Shown here piece by piece: positions 18,245 to 27,622 of a stretch of DNA of 64,000 nucleotides (positions within the stretch are counted from its first letter, which is position 1; each line of letters opens with the position of its first letter). A program made the position numbers and the translations under genes. The stretch is from the NCBI GenBank assembly GCA_902773835.1, contig CACYFZ010000004.1, positions 7,325 to 71,324 of the forward strand. Direction: 5' to 3'. Source of the DNA: an uncultured Eubacteriales bacterium. Its GTDB lineage: Bacteria; Bacillota; Clostridia; Peptostreptococcales; Anaerovoracaceae. The notes under the pieces were generated by a model that was not told where the DNA came from, ran no database searches, and saw only the letters and a program-made list of their open reading frames with translations.

Positions 18245-19573
18245 CTATTTTTCCTTTGCGAAGCTTTCATACAGAAGCTTTATGGCTCTGTCGAAGTCTT
18301 CGTTATATACACCTACCATGATATTGATTTCATCAGGGCCCTGTTCTATGGTTCTGATATTAATCTTATTGTCTCCGAGAGTCTTGAACACTCTTCCGGA
18401 AATACCCGTTCTGTATGCCATCTGACGTCCTACAATGGATATGAGGCTTACGCCCTCCGTAATTCCGCAGCTGTCAATGCTCTCGTTTTCTTCCAGCTCG
18501 TGCATGAGCTCATGCTGTCTGGATCCGAGGCTCTCACTAGGGAATACCAGTGAAAACGAGTCCGTTCCGCTCGGCACCTGCTCGACAGGAATATTGTAAT
18601 TGTCGAAGAGTTCCAGAACTTCTCGTATAAGTTTTATCTTGGCCTCTCCTATCCTGCTCTTATACACATTTATAATCGAATAATTCTTCTTTCCGGCAAT
18701 TCCCGTAATGAATCTCTCATGCTCTTCGCTCGACTCATCTTCAAATGCCTCAGCAATGATAGTTCCCGGGGCCTCAGGCTCGTTGGTATTTTTTATATTT
18801 ACCGGAATATCCTTCAGCCTTACAGGGAAAACCGTATCCTCGTGGAGCACGGATGCGCCCATATAGCTGAGTTCCCTGAGTTCATCATATGTGATTCTCG
18901 AAATGGTCTTTGAATCAGGTACGATCCTCGGGTCTACCATCAGTATGCCCGAAACATCGGTCCAGTTTTCATATACGTCAGCTCCGAGGTATGCAGCTGC
19001 CAGAGCTCCCGTAATATCTGAACCACCTCTCGGGAACACCCTGATGTCTCCGCTCTTGTACGCTCCGTAGAAACCCGGAGTAACAATCTTTCCGTGCTTC
19101 TTCTTAAGTTCTCTGAGTTTTTCTTCCGACTTTTTGGCCTTAACCTTCCCCTTGTAGTCAAACTCGACCCACTCGGTGGCATCTGCGAATTCAAATCCGA
19201 GATACTCCGCCATAAGGAGTGCACAGAAGTATTCTCCCCTTGATGCAATGAAGTCCGCCGAAGTTTTTTTGTTCACCTTCTCAAAAGTCTCATTTATTAT
19301 CTTTTCAATGTCAGTGGAAAGGCCGAGGCTCTCTTTAATCTCTATATATCTGTCTTTTATCATGCCCATGACGCTCTCATGAGATACGCCGTACTGAATA
19401 TGAGCATGCAAGAGATAAAGAAGATCGGTAATCTTATTATCTTCCGCGCTTCTCTTTCCCGGTGCGGAAACGATTACAACTTCCCTTTCCTTATCACTAT
19501 TTACTATATTCTTAACCTTGGCAAACTGTTCACTGCTGGCCAGGCTGGATCCTCCGAATTTTAATACCTTCAT
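18245..19573 (-). CDS. Aspartate kinase
   Basis: 442 aa beginning MKVLKFGGSSL, with C-terminal ACT-like repeats. It sits between hom and asd. Confidence 0.85.
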   Translation of the reverse strand: MKVLKFGGSSLASSEQFAKVKNIVNSDKEREVVIVSAPGKRSAEDNKITDLLYLLHAHIQYGVSHESVMGMIKDRYIEIKESLGLSTDIEKIINETFEKVNKKTSADFIASRGEYFCALLMAEYLGFEFADATEWVEFDYKGKVKAKKSEEKLRELKKKHGKIVTPGFYGAYKSGDIRVFPRGGSDITGALAAAYLGADVYENWTDVSGILMVDPRIVPDSKTISRITYDELRELSYMGASVLHEDTVFPVRLKDIPVNIKNTNEPEAPGTIIAEAFEDESSEEHERFITGIAGKKNYSIINVYKSRIGEAKIKLIREVLELFDNYNIPVEQVPSGTDSFSLVFPSESLGSRQHELMHELEENESIDSCGITEGVSLISIVGRQMAYRTGISGRVFKTLGDNKINIRTIEQGPDEINIMVGVYNEDFDRAIKLLYESFAKEK

Positions 19574-19588
19574 ACAACTTCCCTTTCC

Positions 19589-20764
19589 CTACTCTGCGAG
19601 TGCAGCTATAAACATTTCTTTTCCGTCCGATTTAGCCTTATGGGCTATCTCATGCATCTTTATGACCGATACGGGTTTGGTGCTGCAGTAATATACATCG
19701 CCTTTTTTCTCAGATGTTTCAATGATCTTTTCAATCTCCGAACCGATCTCACTGCATCTGAGATAATATCTGTGAACGGCAGACTTGTTATCAAGCTTAA
19801 GTTTTCGTTTCTCGACACCCTCTCCCGAGGCAGGTGTATGATTCACTCCGTCTCTGATATCCAAAACATCCTGTATTACGGACTGTCCCGTAGGCATCAT
19901 GCCGGCACCCTGCCCGTAGAAACTCTGAGTTCCTATATCCCTTGCATTAAGGGTTATAAGATTGAAGTTAAACTTTACGGATGCTTCCATAGCAGTCATC
20001 GGAAATGCAACAGGCTCTACATATACGCAAAGCTTATTACCGTTTACGGCAGCGTTCATCATTAGTCTTGGGGCTCTTTCCATTGACTTCAGATAGTCAA
20101 TGTCCCTGGAGCTTATTGTATCTATTCCGTAGCAAGGAACATCTTCTTCTTTTACATCTGCATCAAAGGCCAGGTTAGCGGAGATAACGGTCTTCCTGAG
20201 AGTATCCGTTCCCTCTATATCCGCGCTCGGATCTGCCTCTGCATATCCCATCGCCTGAGCCAGAACCAATACATCTTCAAATTCAGAGCCCTTATCGCAC
20301 ATTGAATCCAGAATGAAATTGCAGGTTCCGTTCACAATGCCTCTGACTTCCTGAATCTCATCGCATCTTTTGGTGCGTCTGAGGTTATAAAGCCACGGAA
20401 TACCGCCTCCTGCAGTTGCGGTAAACCTTATCTCGGCACCGCTCTCATCTGCCGCCGCTTTGAGTTCGTCATAGCAAGCACTTATGAGATTCTTATTAGG
20501 TGTAACGAAGTGCTTACCCGCCTTAATGCATTCGAGTGCATATTCTCTGGCAGGATGGATTCCTCCGATACTCTCAATTACCAAATCTATATCTTTATCA
20601 CCTGCAATATCCGCGATATCCGAAGTGATTATTTCATTTAAATGCTCATATCCTTCAACTTCATGCCTTGCCAAGATGCGCACGACCTCAATGCCGCCCG
20701 CTGTCTTCGCTGTTTCATATGCACCCTTTCCGACGGTGCCCATGCCGAGTATCGCTATCTTCAT
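19589..20764 (-). CDS. hom: Homoserine dehydrogenase
   Basis: 391 aa with a GMGTVG Rossmann motif and a C-terminal ACT-like region. Confidence 0.85.
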   Translation of the reverse strand: MKIAILGMGTVGKGAYETAKTAGGIEVVRILARHEVEGYEHLNEIITSDIADIAGDKDIDLVIESIGGIHPAREYALECIKAGKHFVTPNKNLISACYDELKAAADESGAEIRFTATAGGGIPWLYNLRRTKRCDEIQEVRGIVNGTCNFILDSMCDKGSEFEDVLVLAQAMGYAEADPSADIEGTDTLRKTVISANLAFDADVKEEDVPCYGIDTISSRDIDYLKSMERAPRLMMNAAVNGNKLCVYVEPVAFPMTAMEASVKFNFNLITLNARDIGTQSFYGQGAGMMPTGQSVIQDVLDIRDGVNHTPASGEGVEKRKLKLDNKSAVHRYYLRCSEIGSEIEKIIETSEKKGDVYYCSTKPVSVIKMHEIAHKAKSDGKEMFIAALAE

Positions 20765-20942
20765 TCTCAGTTGTCTTTCCTTTTCGTTTATTCACAGCGC
20801 TCGATAACAAATTGCAAGCACTTGTCTTTATACAGCGTATATTGTAAGATTATCGCGCTATCTGTTAACTATAACAGATTATGCACATAAACGTAACAAA
20901 AATTAGAGTTAATCTTACAAATAACAAGTGCAGGAGAGATTC

Positions 20943-22412
20943 ATGATTAATTATATAAGCACCAGAAACAGTAATATTTCAGTAAAAGCTTCCGAGGCCG
21001 TACTTCGCGGTCAGGCTTCTGACGGAGGGCTATTTGTTCCGCAGAATCTTGAAGATCTTAAAATCGATTACCATAGGATTACAAATTGCGATGACTTCAA
21101 GAGCATGGCTGCAGCAGTTTGGAACCTTTTCCTTGATGACTACGGCAGCGGCGTAATTACTGAGCTGGTTAAAAAAAGTTACGAAGGTAAATTCTCATCA
21201 GAAAAAGTCACTCCTCTCGTAAAGGTGAACGGCGCTTATGTTCTGGAGCTTTATCACGGACCTACTTCTGCTTTCAAGGACGTCGCGCTTCAGGCTCTGC
21301 CCAACCTTTTGACCAAGGCTCGCAGCATGAACGGGGTAACGGACGAAATAATGATTCTTACCGCCACTTCGGGAGATACGGGTAGTGCCGCACTCTCCGG
21401 TTTCAGCGGAGTGGACGGAACATCAATCGTAGTATTCTATCCTGACGGAGGCATCTCCGAAACTCAGAGACTGCAGATGGTTACGGATGCAGGAAAGAAC
21501 ACTTCCGCATGCGCCATCAGAGGTAATTTCGATGATGCTCAAAACGGTGTAAAAAAGATATTCCGCGAGATGCCTCGCCCTGCCGAAGGTATTTCCCTTT
21601 CAAGTGCAAACTCCATTAACATCGGACGTCTTGTACCTCAAATCGTATATTACTTCTCCGCATACAGACAGCTCCTGGATATGGGAAGCATTAAAGACGG
21701 AGATCTTGTTGACTTCGTGGTTCCTACAGGTAACTTCGGAGACATAATGGCGGGCTTCTTCGCACGTTGTATGGGTCTTCCCGTAAGAAGACTGGTATGT
21801 GCATCAAATAAAAATGATGTCCTTACTGAGTTCATAAACACGGGACACTACAACAGAATAAGAGAATTCCATAAGACCACATCACCTTCCATGGACATTC
21901 TGATTTCCAGCAATCTTGAAAGACTTCTTTACTATATCTGCGGAGAAGAAAACACCGCATCATATATGAAGCAGCTGGAAGAAACCGGAGAGTATCAGAT
22001 CAGCGATGCAGAGCTTAAAGCTATTCAGGATGTGTTCAGTGCCGCCTGCGCAACAGATGCAGAAGGTGCCGCAGCGATAAAGGATGTATTTGAGAGCGAA
22101 AACTATCTTATGGATACACATACATCCATAGCTTGGTCGTGCCTTGATAAATACGAAAGAAAAGAAGGAGTTCCTTCCGTAGTTCTTTCAACGGCCTCCC
22201 CTTATAAGTTCTGTGCATCAGTTCTCTCAGCTCTCGGTCTTGAAGTTTCAGACAGCGACAGAAAAAATATGGAAGTTTGCCACGAGTATACAAAGGCAGA
22301 AATACCTGCCGGCTTGGCTGATATTTGGGATAAAGAAATACTTCATAATGATTTAATTAATCCTAAAGAGATGATGTCTTATGTTGTTGAAAAATCAATG
22401 AAATCAAGGTAA
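20943..22412 (+). CDS. thrC: Threonine synthase
   Basis: It contains the PLP lysine context GPTSAFKD. I moved the start to the ATG at 20943 because AGGAGA lies just upstream. The track ORF begins at a GTG at 20928. Confidence 0.85.
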   Translation: MINYISTRNSNISVKASEAVLRGQASDGGLFVPQNLEDLKIDYHRITNCDDFKSMAAAVWNLFLDDYGSGVITELVKKSYEGKFSSEKVTPLVKVNGAYVLELYHGPTSAFKDVALQALPNLLTKARSMNGVTDEIMILTATSGDTGSAALSGFSGVDGTSIVVFYPDGGISETQRLQMVTDAGKNTSACAIRGNFDDAQNGVKKIFREMPRPAEGISLSSANSINIGRLVPQIVYYFSAYRQLLDMGSIKDGDLVDFVVPTGNFGDIMAGFFARCMGLPVRRLVCASNKNDVLTEFINTGHYNRIREFHKTTSPSMDILISSNLERLLYYICGEENTASYMKQLEETGEYQISDAELKAIQDVFSAACATDAEGAAAIKDVFESENYLMDTHTSIAWSCLDKYERKEGVPSVVLSTASPYKFCASVLSALGLEVSDSDRKNMEVCHEYTKAEIPAGLADIWDKEILHNDLINPKEMMSYVVEKSMKSR

Positions 22413-22500
22413 AATTTAGCTGGCTATCTCATTACCCCACCCGTAGACTTCTGTCACAGAGTGGTTATTTTTATTGGATTTGATAGTTATCGGAGGAAAA

Positions 22501-23385
22501 ATGGATTTTAAGCAAATAGAAGCCTTTGTAAATGTTGTCAGGTATAAGAGTTTCAGCAAAGCCGCTGACGCTTCTTTCTTTACACAGCCTACCATTAGTA
22601 CACATATTCAAAACCTTGAAAAAGAACTCGGTGTTAAGCTTCTTAACAGAAAAAGCCGCACGGTTGAGATGACTACACAGGGCGCTACTTTCTATAAGTT
22701 CGCTGTGGAAATGATTAATTCAAGAGCCAGAGCTATAGAGTCTATTTCGAAATCCAACGACACAGTCGAAGGAATACTTGAGATTCAAACATCCTCTATT
22801 CCGGGTGTCACCTTTCTTCCCGATTACCTTGCTGATTTTAAGAAAGAACATGAATTGATTCAATACTATGTTTCCCTGTCTGACTCTCAGCGCGTTGTAG
22901 ATAACATTATAGACAGACGCGGTGAAATCGGATTCGTCGGGGAAAAAATCACAAATTCATCGTTTAAAACCCATCTTGTTTCAAGCGATAAATCGGTTCT
23001 TATTTCTCCGAAATCTTTCGCTCTGAAAAACAAGATCAGTTTCGAAGAAACATTTAAATATCCTTTCATCTGGAGGGAAACAGGATCTGCAACTCGCAAG
23101 AATTTTGAAGAGACAGCAGCAAAAAAAGGATTTGACCGAAACATTATTAAATTTGCAGCTTTGGTAGATGACCTTGATGCTGTTGTAAGAACTGTTGAAT
23201 CAGGTCTCGGCGTTTCCATCATTTCAGAAAAAGTAGCACAGACTCTCGGAGACAGAGTAAACATCTCCGAAATCAGTGATTTCGATGATAACAGATCTTT
23301 CTATATGATTTACCTTAAGAATTCATCTCTTTCACCGGCTGCAGCAGCCTTCGCTGAATTCGTAAAGATGAAATCACAGAAATAA
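22501..23385 (+). CDS. LysR-family transcriptional regulator
   Basis: The N-terminal HTH reads FKQIEAFVNVVRYKSFSKAADASFFTQPTISTHIQNLEKELGVKLLNR. The start is set at the ATG at 22501, after GGAGGAAAA. Confidence 0.8.
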   Translation: MDFKQIEAFVNVVRYKSFSKAADASFFTQPTISTHIQNLEKELGVKLLNRKSRTVEMTTQGATFYKFAVEMINSRARAIESISKSNDTVEGILEIQTSSIPGVTFLPDYLADFKKEHELIQYYVSLSDSQRVVDNIIDRRGEIGFVGEKITNSSFKTHLVSSDKSVLISPKSFALKNKISFEETFKYPFIWRETGSATRKNFEETAAKKGFDRNIIKFAALVDDLDAVVRTVESGLGVSIISEKVAQTLGDRVNISEISDFDDNRSFYMIYLKNSSLSPAAAAFAEFVKMKSQK

Positions 23386-23405
23386 TCATTTTTTACTTAG
23401 TATAC

Positions 23406-23438
23406 AAAACGACGATGTCCGATGACATCGTCGTTTTT
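23406..23438. terminator. Bidirectional intrinsic terminator between the LysR gene and selD
   Basis: AAAACGACGATGTC-CGAT-GACATCGTCGTTTT, with an A-run on one side and a T-run on the other. Confidence 0.8.
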
Positions 23439-23441
23439 AAT

Positions 23442-24647
23442 TCAGTCGTGAATCTCGATTGCAGTCTTGCCTCTTGATTTAAACTGTCCTATGACTTCCG
23501 TCCGGCAGCCTTTCTCTCCCAGTCTTTCCTGAAGACTTTTTATATCCTTTTCGTCTACGGATATAAGCAGTCCGCCGGATGACTGCGGATCGTAGAGACA
23601 GTCAATCAAAGCTCTCAGCTCTGCGTCTTTGGCCGGATCTTTGGACAGGAACTCAGACACATCTTTTTCGGTATACTCTCTGTTTCTGTATGCTCCTGCC
23701 GGAATGATTCCCATTTCCGCCATTTCAAGCGCTTTTGGAAAGATCGGAACTTTGTGACTGTATAGCTCAAGCGTCAGCTCTCCTGCGCTCGCCATCTCGG
23801 CAGCATGACCTATCAGACCGAATCCGGTTATATCTGTACATCCGCCTATGCTGAGCCCCTGCATGGCCTCCCATGCGTATCTGTTAAGGAATGCCATAGT
23901 TGCTTCCATCTCAGCATTCTCCTCTTCAGTGAGAAGATCCGCTTTGGCTGCAGTTGTCAGAATTCCCGTCCCGATCATCTTGGTAATTACCAGGAGATTG
24001 CCTTCTTTACCGCTGTTACTCAGTATATCGCCGGGATGTGCAAAACCCGTGACGGAAAGTCCGTATTTCGGTTCCTTATCATCTATGCTGTGTCCGCCTA
24101 CAATAGTAGCGCCTGCTTCACAGACTTTATCGTTTCCTCCCTCAAGAATACTCTTAACCGCATCAAGCGGAAGTTCGGAGTTAGGGAAAGTCAAAAGGTT
24201 CATTGCGAGTTTAGGCTGTCCGCCCATAGCATATACGTCACTCAGAGCATTAGCTGCCGCAATCTGTCCGAACATATAAGGATCGTCCACAATAGGCGGG
24301 AAAAAATCCACAGTATTAATCAGAGCCACATCATCCGAAACTTTATATACGCAGGCATCGTCACTGCTTTCGAAACCTACCAGAATCCTCGGGTCGCTTA
24401 TCTTAGGAAGGCCCGAGAGAATATTTGACAGGACGCCCGGTCCTATTTTGGCGCCTCATCCGCCGGCGGCAGTCATCTGAGTCAGAAGAACCTTACCTTT
24501 ATCATCAATATAATCAGATTGAAGCCTCTTCGATCCCCCGGGACCGATATGGCAAGCAAGCTTTTCCTTGGCTTCTGCTATTCTGTTTTCATCAATATGC
24601 TTATTATCCATCTTTAATATAATAACATCGTTACTTCGATTATCCAA
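23442..24647 (-). CDS. selD: Selenide, water dikinase (selenophosphate synthetase). A selenoprotein with an in-frame UGA at 24456-24458.
   Basis: Track ORFs 24456..24647 and 23442..24329 join in frame across a TGA. The junction reads ...VLLTQMTAAGG-U-GAKIGPGVLSNIL..., which is the conserved Cys/Sec site of SelD. A TTG start at 24647 lies 8 nt after AGGAGAG. Confidence 0.85.
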
Positions 24648-24818
24648 GAAAAACGCTCTCCTATCAATCTATTGCTAACTTTATATAGTGGTTTTTTAAT
24701 CAGGATAAAAATTTTTGGCACAACATATAGTTTTTTTGCTTGATATTACAACTCCACTCCTCTAAAATAGTCGTGATAATTTAAAGAGAAATACTTCTGA
24801 ACAGGAAAGAGAGGTCAC

Positions 24819-26144
24819 ATGGCTAAGCAACGACAAATCATTCAGATTCAGGAGAGAGTCCCTGTATCAAAGTGGATACCGCTCTCCATACAGCACACAT
24901 TCGCAATGTTCAGTGCTTCAGTATTAGTACCTTACATTTTCGGGATAAAGCCTTCCATCGCCCTACTCATGAACGGCATCGGAACCTTTATCTTTATTTT
25001 TGTAACCAAGGGCAAGGCACCTGCCTACCTAGGTTCTTCATTTGCATTTATAACGCCTGCCCTGATAGTAATGAACAGTATGGGATATGAATATGCTCTC
25101 GGAGGCTTCGTAGTAGTAGGTATACTCATGTGCATTGTCGCCGGCATAATAAAATTAGTCGGGACGAAATGGATCGATGCCATACTGCCACCGGCAGCAA
25201 TGGGTCCTATAGTAGCTCTTATCGGACTTGAGCTCGCAGGTTCCGCTGCACAGACCGCAGGTCTTCTTGATGAAAAAATGCAAATGGTCCAGAATCTCGA
25301 TCCTAAGGTTCTTATCGTATTCTTAGTGACTCTTCTCCTTGCAATATTCGGCGGAGTTCTGTACAGAGGGTTTGCGGCAGCCATTGCAATCTTAATCGCC
25401 ATAATCGGCGGATATATCATCTCACTTCTCTTCGGTATGGTCGACTTCTCGGCTGTCGGAGAAACAGCTTTATTCAAGGCACCGGACTTCCAATTTGCCA
25501 AGTTCAACTTGCAGGCAATTCTTGTTATAATACCTGCCACCCTGGTAGTTGTATCTGAGCATATCGGCCACCAGGTAGTTACTTCTGAGGTAGTCGGTAA
25601 GGACCTTCTGAAAGATCCCGGACTTCACAGATCCATGTTTGCAGACGGATTCTCCACTGCTCTTTCAGGACTTGTAGGTTCCTGCCCTACTACAACTTAC
25701 GGAGAGAATATCGGAGTTATGGCTATAACCAAAGTATACAGCGTATGGGTAATCGGAGGCGCTGCTGCATTCTCCATAGTATTGTCATTTATTGGAAAAG
25801 CATCAGCACTTATCCAAACTATTCCGGGTCCTGTAATGGGCGGTGTAAGCTTCCTTCTCTACGGAATGATAGGAGCATCCGGAATCAGACTTATGGTAGA
25901 TGCAAAGATCGACTATTCGAAAGCAAGAAACCTCGCTCTTACATCCGTTGTATTCGTTGTAGGACTCTCAGGAGTTGCCATTAATCTCGGACAAGTTCAG
26001 CTCAGCGGAATGAGCCTTGCAGCCGTAGTCGGTATGGTCCTCGGTTTCATAATGTACCTCTTAGACAAATATCATCTTACGAATGAGTATGAGGACGGAG
26101 AAAGCGAGAGTAAGCTCTTAGATGACTTCAAATCCAGCCGTTAG
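24819..26144 (+). CDS. NCS2-family nucleobase permease (uracil/xanthine permease-like)
   Basis: 441 aa polytopic membrane protein with NCS2-type segments (SFAFITP, TTTYGENIGVMAITK). Confidence 0.75.
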   Translation: MAKQRQIIQIQERVPVSKWIPLSIQHTFAMFSASVLVPYIFGIKPSIALLMNGIGTFIFIFVTKGKAPAYLGSSFAFITPALIVMNSMGYEYALGGFVVVGILMCIVAGIIKLVGTKWIDAILPPAAMGPIVALIGLELAGSAAQTAGLLDEKMQMVQNLDPKVLIVFLVTLLLAIFGGVLYRGFAAAIAILIAIIGGYIISLLFGMVDFSAVGETALFKAPDFQFAKFNLQAILVIIPATLVVVSEHIGHQVVTSEVVGKDLLKDPGLHRSMFADGFSTALSGLVGSCPTTTYGENIGVMAITKVYSVWVIGGAAAFSIVLSFIGKASALIQTIPGPVMGGVSFLLYGMIGASGIRLMVDAKIDYSKARNLALTSVVFVVGLSGVAINLGQVQLSGMSLAAVVGMVLGFIMYLLDKYHLTNEYEDGESESKLLDDFKSSR

Positions 26145-26165
26145 TAAAGATCAGTTATGCAATTC

Positions 26166-26199
26166 GGCTATGTAAAGTTTACTTTACATAGCCTTTTTT
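26166..26199 (+). terminator. Intrinsic terminator after the permease gene
   Basis: GGCTATGTAAAGT..ACTTTACATAGCC followed by TTTTTT. Confidence 0.75.
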
Positions 26200-26258
26200 A
26201 TTACATAATAAACGAGCCCCGTCGGACTCGTTTGGATGTAAAGTTTGCTTTACATTAT

Positions 26259-27449
26259 CTATTTGAAGTAACGCTCTCCCAATTTCTTAAAAGAATCTTC
26301 TGAGTTCATAATTGTAGTGTGCGCTATGCAGAATGATGCTCTTACCCAACCCGGACCTGAAAATGATCTTCCCGGCACAATAAGTATCCTCTCTTCTTTT
26401 GCTGCTTTTACCAGTTCTCTTTCATCTTCTACAGGTGATTTAAACCACAGATAAAACGCTCCCTGAGGCACAATGCATTCAAAGCCTGCACCTGACACTA
26501 TATCATACAAATCTTTTGCATTTCGCTCATAGTAGCCTATATCAGCTCTGGCCTTAATACATCTTTCAACTATGAGTTCCGCTATGGTTGAAGCATTATT
26601 AGCTCCTAAAACTCTGCCTGCTACTATAAGGGCCTCGCTCAGTTCTTCAGAGCCGTCAGCCTTACGAGGAACGGCTACATATCCGATACGCACACCCGGC
26701 ATGGATAATGATTTAGACCAGGAATATGCGATAAGTGTATTCGGATATATGTCAGGCAAGAACTCCACTTTCTTTTCCACATACACCAGTTCTCTGTACG
26801 GCTCATCGGAAATAATGTATATAGGATGTCCGAACTTTATCTCAGCCTCACGAAGGACTTCTGCAACTGCCTCAAGTGATTCTCTGGAGTAAATAGCCCC
26901 GGTCGGATTGTTAGGATTATTAATAATAATAGCTTTTACAGAGGGTTCCAAAACCTTTCGCAGAGCTTCGGCATCAGGTTCAAATCCGTTTGACTCATTT
27001 GCCGGAACTGCAATGGTATCCGCACCGAAATTACGAGCCCAGTTTGCATACTCAACAAAGTACGGTGCGAAGACAACAAGTTTATCTCCCGGATCAAATA
27101 AGCATTTCATTATGATGTTAATTGCATATCCGGCACCGGCAGTCATTATTATGTTTTCCATATCGAAGTTGTCTCCGAATCGCTCATTCAGATCATCAGC
27201 GACTGCCTGCCTGGTTGTTTCATATCCCGCATTAGACGGATAACCGTAAACATGATGCGGGTCCATATTGTGATTTATATAGTCAATAGCATCATAAACT
27301 TCTTGAGGCGGATTGAGACCGGGATTTCCAACGCTGAAGTCATAAACGTTATCTACGCCGTAGACCTTAGCCATTTTCTTGCCCTCTTCAAACATTGCTC
27401 TGATAGCTGAGCCGCCTTCAAGGAAGGGTTCCATACTTTTTGCTATCAT
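26259..27449 (-). CDS. Class I/II PLP-dependent aminotransferase (AspC/COG0436-like)
   Basis: 396 aa with the PLP lysine context YSWSKSLSMPGVRIGY. Confidence 0.75.
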   Translation of the reverse strand: MIAKSMEPFLEGGSAIRAMFEEGKKMAKVYGVDNVYDFSVGNPGLNPPQEVYDAIDYINHNMDPHHVYGYPSNAGYETTRQAVADDLNERFGDNFDMENIIMTAGAGYAINIIMKCLFDPGDKLVVFAPYFVEYANWARNFGADTIAVPANESNGFEPDAEALRKVLEPSVKAIIINNPNNPTGAIYSRESLEAVAEVLREAEIKFGHPIYIISDEPYRELVYVEKKVEFLPDIYPNTLIAYSWSKSLSMPGVRIGYVAVPRKADGSEELSEALIVAGRVLGANNASTIAELIVERCIKARADIGYYERNAKDLYDIVSGAGFECIVPQGAFYLWFKSPVEDERELVKAAKEERILIVPGRSFSGPGWVRASFCIAHTTIMNSEDSFKKLGERYFK

Positions 27450-27570
27450 CAGATATTCCTCCTGAAACTAAATAATCCGGATTGGATGCGTCTGAAAACA
27501 ACACATATTCTTTATGATAATTGTACCACTTCATTCTTGCATTATCTCGTTTTTTATCCGATAATTGAGG

Positions 27571-27587
27571 TGCATGATAATCATGCA
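27571..27587. promoter_or_regulatory. 8-1-8 palindrome, a candidate operator
   Basis: TGCATGAT-A-ATCATGCA, 36 nt upstream of the DUF1015 start. The core ATGATAATCAT equals the centre of the classical Fur-box consensus. Confidence 0.35.
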
Positions 27588-27622
27588 AAAGTAAAACTTA
27601 TAAGACAAACGGAGGAAACTAA

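Noticed and set aside
23442-24329. selD appears N-terminally truncated, with a separate 63 aa ORF upstream (24456..24647). This could be read as a pseudogene.
   Set aside because: The two ORFs are in the same frame and separated by a single TGA at the conserved Cys/Sec catalytic position. A SECIS-like hairpin lies 11 nt downstream. I treat it as one selenoprotein gene.
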